Source: a virus
Taxonomy: Duplodnaviria; Caudoviricetes
Reading direction: 5' to 3' (one strand)
Virus record (IMG/VR): IMGVR_UViG_3300045580_000297
Coordinates: 1 to 25,406 of that record
DNA length: 25,406 nt
Shown here piece after piece: positions 22,460 to 25,406 of the stretch. Made by a program: the position numbers and the translations under genes. The notes under the pieces were generated by a model. The model had not been told where the DNA came from. It made no database searches and worked only from the letters and a program-made list of their open reading frames with translations. Numbering within the stretch: position 1 is the first letter of the stretch; every line of letters begins with the position of its first letter.

Positions 22460-23164
22460 ATGGCAAGGACGCTGCTTCAGATCGTACAGGACGCATGCCG
22501 AGATGTGGGGCAGCCCCGTCCTTCCGTTGTCTCTTCAGCCACGACAGAAACGCCACTGAGAATGCTGACCCTGCTGAACGAGGCGGGTCAGCAACTCATC
22601 AAGGACCATGACTGGAACGCCCTGATGACGGTGGTGACCTTCAGCCCCACCGCCACTCAGGCTCAGGCAAGTCATCCGCCGTCTGATTATGACCGCATGA
22701 CCAGCCAAACCAGCATGTGGGACACTGGCACGAGGCGTCCCCTTGTCGGGCCTCTCCCTATGAACAAATGGCTTCGCCTTGTCGTGGACAGCACTGCTGG
22801 CATCGACCACTACTGGACCCTGATCGGCGGCAAGATCAACATCCTCCCCGTCCCTGCCACCACTGATGAGTTCGTCTATTCATACCAGTCGAACAAGTGG
22901 GTGCTGAACGGATCGAGCGAGCCGAAGACATCATTCACCGCTGATGATGACACTCCACGCATCCCTGATGAGCTTCTCAGGCTTGAGCTTGTGTGGCGCT
23001 GGAAGCAGACTGTCGGCATCGACTATTCCGAAGACATGGCCACATGCAACCGCATGAAGGAGACCATGATTGCCGCTGATCGTGGCCCTCGCATCCTTGA
23101 ACTCTCAACGCCCTTCCGTGGCGGTGTGCCGGAAGGCTTCTGGCCGGGGACGATCACCACATGA
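22460..23164 (+). CDS. Head-tail adaptor (tail tubular protein A-like)
   Basis: TLLQIVQDAC...LLNEAG...HDW...PSDYDR...ILPVP...DDDTPRIPDELL; upstream of the nozzle gene. Confidence 0.75.
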   Translation: MARTLLQIVQDACRDVGQPRPSVVSSATTETPLRMLTLLNEAGQQLIKDHDWNALMTVVTFSPTATQAQASHPPSDYDRMTSQTSMWDTGTRRPLVGPLPMNKWLRLVVDSTAGIDHYWTLIGGKINILPVPATTDEFVYSYQSNKWVLNGSSEPKTSFTADDDTPRIPDELLRLELVWRWKQTVGIDYSEDMATCNRMKETMIAADRGPRILELSTPFRGGVPEGFWPGTITT

Positions 23165-24729
23165 GACAGGCCCTCAGAAAGAACCCGAACAAGGCTGCCG
23201 TTGCGCGGCCTGACATCATCAAGGCACCCACGAAGGGCTGGAGCGCCAACAGCCTCCCCATCGAGGCTGAGGAAGGCACTGCCGTCACCCTTGAGAACTG
23301 GTTCCCTGAGGCGACATCCATCCGTCCACGGAAGGGTTATGAGGCGCATGTCACAGGCGTTGGCGATGCCGTGCAGACCCTCATGCCATTTGTGTCTGGC
23401 ACCACTCAGAAGCTCTTTGCTGCTGGTGATGGCGAAATCTACGATGTCACGAGCAGTGGCACCCTTGGTGCTGCTGTGCAGACCGGCCTGACATCCACCA
23501 AGTTCTCATACGTGAACTTTGCCACAGCCGCTGGCCAGTACCTGTACATGGTGAACGGCGAGGACCCTGCGCGTCACTACAACGGCACGACATGGGTTGA
23601 GCCCACCATTACTGGCGCAACGTCGAGCGACTTCTCTGTCGTGACATCGCACAAGTCCCGCTTGTTCTTCGTGAAGAAGAATTCCACAACGCTCTACTAC
23701 TTGCCAGTGGACAGCATCGCTGGCGCTGCCACGGCCTTCGAGGTTGGCTCCCAACTCAAGAGGGGTGGCCGCATCGTGGGCCTCTCGACATGGTCCGTTG
23801 ACAGTGGTGACGGCATGGATGACCTCCTTGCCATGTGGTCGAGCGAGGGTGAGGTGCTGGTGTACGCTGGCTCGAACCCATCTCAGGACTATTCCCTCGT
23901 GGGCCGATACACGACTGGGCGACCCATCGGTGAGCGGCCCATGTTCCCCATCGGTGGTGACCTTGCTCTCCTGTCTGAGGACGGCATCCTGCCCCTGTCA
24001 GTTGTCATGCGATACGACAGGCTCACGACGAAGGAGAAGAGCCTCACATCCCGCATCGTGGATGAGTACATCAAGGTGGCCCGCCTCTACCGAACGAATT
24101 TCGGATGGCAGATGGCCATCCTGCCGAAGGCCTCCATGGCGATCCTGAACGTCCCGGGTGCTGGCAATGCTGGCTCCTCGATCCAGTATGCCTACAACGT
24201 GTCCACGAAGGCATGGGCCAAGTTCACTGGCATGAATGCCATCTGTTGGGAACTGTTCAACGGCGAGCTTTACTTCGGCACTGCTGACGGCGGCGTCTAC
24301 AAGGCCGAGAGCGGAGGGTCTGACAACGGCTCAGCCATCATCGCAAAGTGCCTTCCTGCCTTCTCCCACATGGGAGCCCCGGGCAAGACGAAGCACGTGA
24401 AGCTGATACAGCCGCTCTTCTCGACTGACCTGAACGAGTACACCTTCGGCACATCTTGCGTGACCAATTTCGCTACCCCCGACACCATCGGCGCTGGCGT
24501 TCCTGTGGCTGACGGTATCTTCACGTGGGATGACAGCTTGTGGGATGGCCCTGATGTGTGGGGCGGAAATTCCGTGTGGGATTATTGGGACAGTTCCAAC
24601 GGCATGGGCTATGTCATCGCGCCATACGCTCAGGTGACGGTGGATGCCGAGAACAACCCTGATTTCGAGTTCAACCTCATAGGATGGAACATTCTCCTTG
24701 AAGTCGGTGGACTGTCCTTCACCAGATAA
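23161..24729 (+). CDS. Tail nozzle / packaged-DNA stabilisation protein (P22 gp10 / T7 gp12-like)
   Basis: 522 aa, beta-propeller-like; APTKGW...LENWFP...RKGY, HKSRLFF, SSEGEVLVYAG; podoviral gene order. Confidence 0.8.
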   Translation: MRQALRKNPNKAAVARPDIIKAPTKGWSANSLPIEAEEGTAVTLENWFPEATSIRPRKGYEAHVTGVGDAVQTLMPFVSGTTQKLFAAGDGEIYDVTSSGTLGAAVQTGLTSTKFSYVNFATAAGQYLYMVNGEDPARHYNGTTWVEPTITGATSSDFSVVTSHKSRLFFVKKNSTTLYYLPVDSIAGAATAFEVGSQLKRGGRIVGLSTWSVDSGDGMDDLLAMWSSEGEVLVYAGSNPSQDYSLVGRYTTGRPIGERPMFPIGGDLALLSEDGILPLSVVMRYDRLTTKEKSLTSRIVDEYIKVARLYRTNFGWQMAILPKASMAILNVPGAGNAGSSIQYAYNVSTKAWAKFTGMNAICWELFNGELYFGTADGGVYKAESGGSDNGSAIIAKCLPAFSHMGAPGKTKHVKLIQPLFSTDLNEYTFGTSCVTNFATPDTIGAGVPVADGIFTWDDSLWDGPDVWGGNSVWDYWDSSNGMGYVIAPYAQVTVDAENNPDFEFNLIGWNILLEVGGLSFTR

Positions 24730-24742
24730 GGGACCCGCAGTC

Positions 24743-25144
24743 GTGGGTAGGGTTCTTCTGTACGCTGACGATCTTGTCGCTGGCTGGATGGAGGCCCAGA
24801 CGGGGGAGGTTATAATTCCTCCGTACACGGCCTTTGGCATCATTGACCCTGATGGACAATTGGGCGGCGCGATGGTATTCAACGACTTTAACGAGGGAAA
24901 TGTCGAGGTGTCCTTGGTGGCTCCGAAGCGCGTTTCCCGAGGGCTGCTCAGGATGGCTGCCGTGTATGCGTTCTCGCAACTCGACTGTCGCCGGATCAGT
25001 GCAAGGACAAGAGCATCAAACCTCCGGGTCCGTAAGTTCATCGAGAAGGTCGGCTTCCAGCAGGAAGGCGTTCTCCGTGCTTACTACCGAGACGGAGATG
25101 ACGCCGTTCTGTATGGCCTCCTCAAAGGCGAATGCAGATGGTGA
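24743..25144 (+). CDS. GNAT-family acetyltransferase-like protein
   Basis: YAFSQLDCRRISART...N...KFIEKVGFQQEGVLRAYY...DAVLYGLL (RimJ/RimL-like); usual position after a podoviral nozzle. The GTG start is inferred. Confidence 0.8.
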   Translation: MGRVLLYADDLVAGWMEAQTGEVIIPPYTAFGIIDPDGQLGGAMVFNDFNEGNVEVSLVAPKRVSRGLLRMAAVYAFSQLDCRRISARTRASNLRVRKFIEKVGFQQEGVLRAYYRDGDDAVLYGLLKGECRW

Positions 25145-25147
25145 AAC

Positions 25148-25406
25148 ATGGCGAGCTACCCTAAACTCAACTACATCCCTTCGGGGAATGCGTACATAAT
25201 CACGCAGGGGAACAGCGGCAGTTCCCGCTCAGGCTCCTCATCCTCATCCGCCACCAAGCCTCCTTCTGGGCAGGGTGCCGTGTTCACCCCGGACCCCACG
25301 GTGAACGGTCCTTGGACCCATACCCGGGCAGACATCCCCCTGTTCAAGGCAGCCAACGCCCCGAACTCCCACGGAACCCCCTACGGAGGCGCTACAGCCC
25401 CTTCTG
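25148..25406 (+). CDS. Start of a probable internal virion/ejection protein (3' truncated)
   Basis: Open frame MASYPKLNYIPSGNAYIITQGNSGSSRSGSSSSSATKPP... to the window end; function inferred from position only. Confidence 0.5.
   Translation, partial: MASYPKLNYIPSGNAYIITQGNSGSSRSGSSSSSATKPPSGQGAVFTPDPTVNGPWTHTRADIPLFKAANAPNSHGTPYGGATAPS

Overview
The window is a GC-rich tailed-phage (or prophage) segment, probably a P22/T7-tail-type podovirus of an alphaproteobacterial host (host inferred from regulatory motifs). Left to right: end of a replication module (initiator C-terminus, putative helicase loader, VRR-NUC); a probable + strand sRNA; a minus-strand operon (about 4350 to 2060) ending in a DUF932 gene; a few small + strand genes; then the morphogenesis module (TerS, TerL, HNH, an inserted beta-rich protein and a 921-aa polyvalent protein, portal, fibre-like proteins, scaffold, major capsid, decoration protein, a DUF115/Maf-like plus methyltransferase fusion, adaptor, nozzle, GNAT, start of a probable ejection protein). 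The most striking feature is the minus-strand operon. It carries three 52-nt type II hammerhead ribozymes (4312-4261, 4009-3958, 3061-3010), each directly upstream of a translation start. Their stems I and III differ but stay fully paired, while stem II is an invariant GAUC. This layout would cut the transcript into separate mRNAs and would let each excised piece refold a complete hammerhead across its own ends, so circularisation or re-ligation is possible. The operon also has a boxA-like leader, a 13-nt end-to-end complementarity and a convergent candidate antisense sRNA. All protein calls are from motif recognition by eye; no database searches were run.
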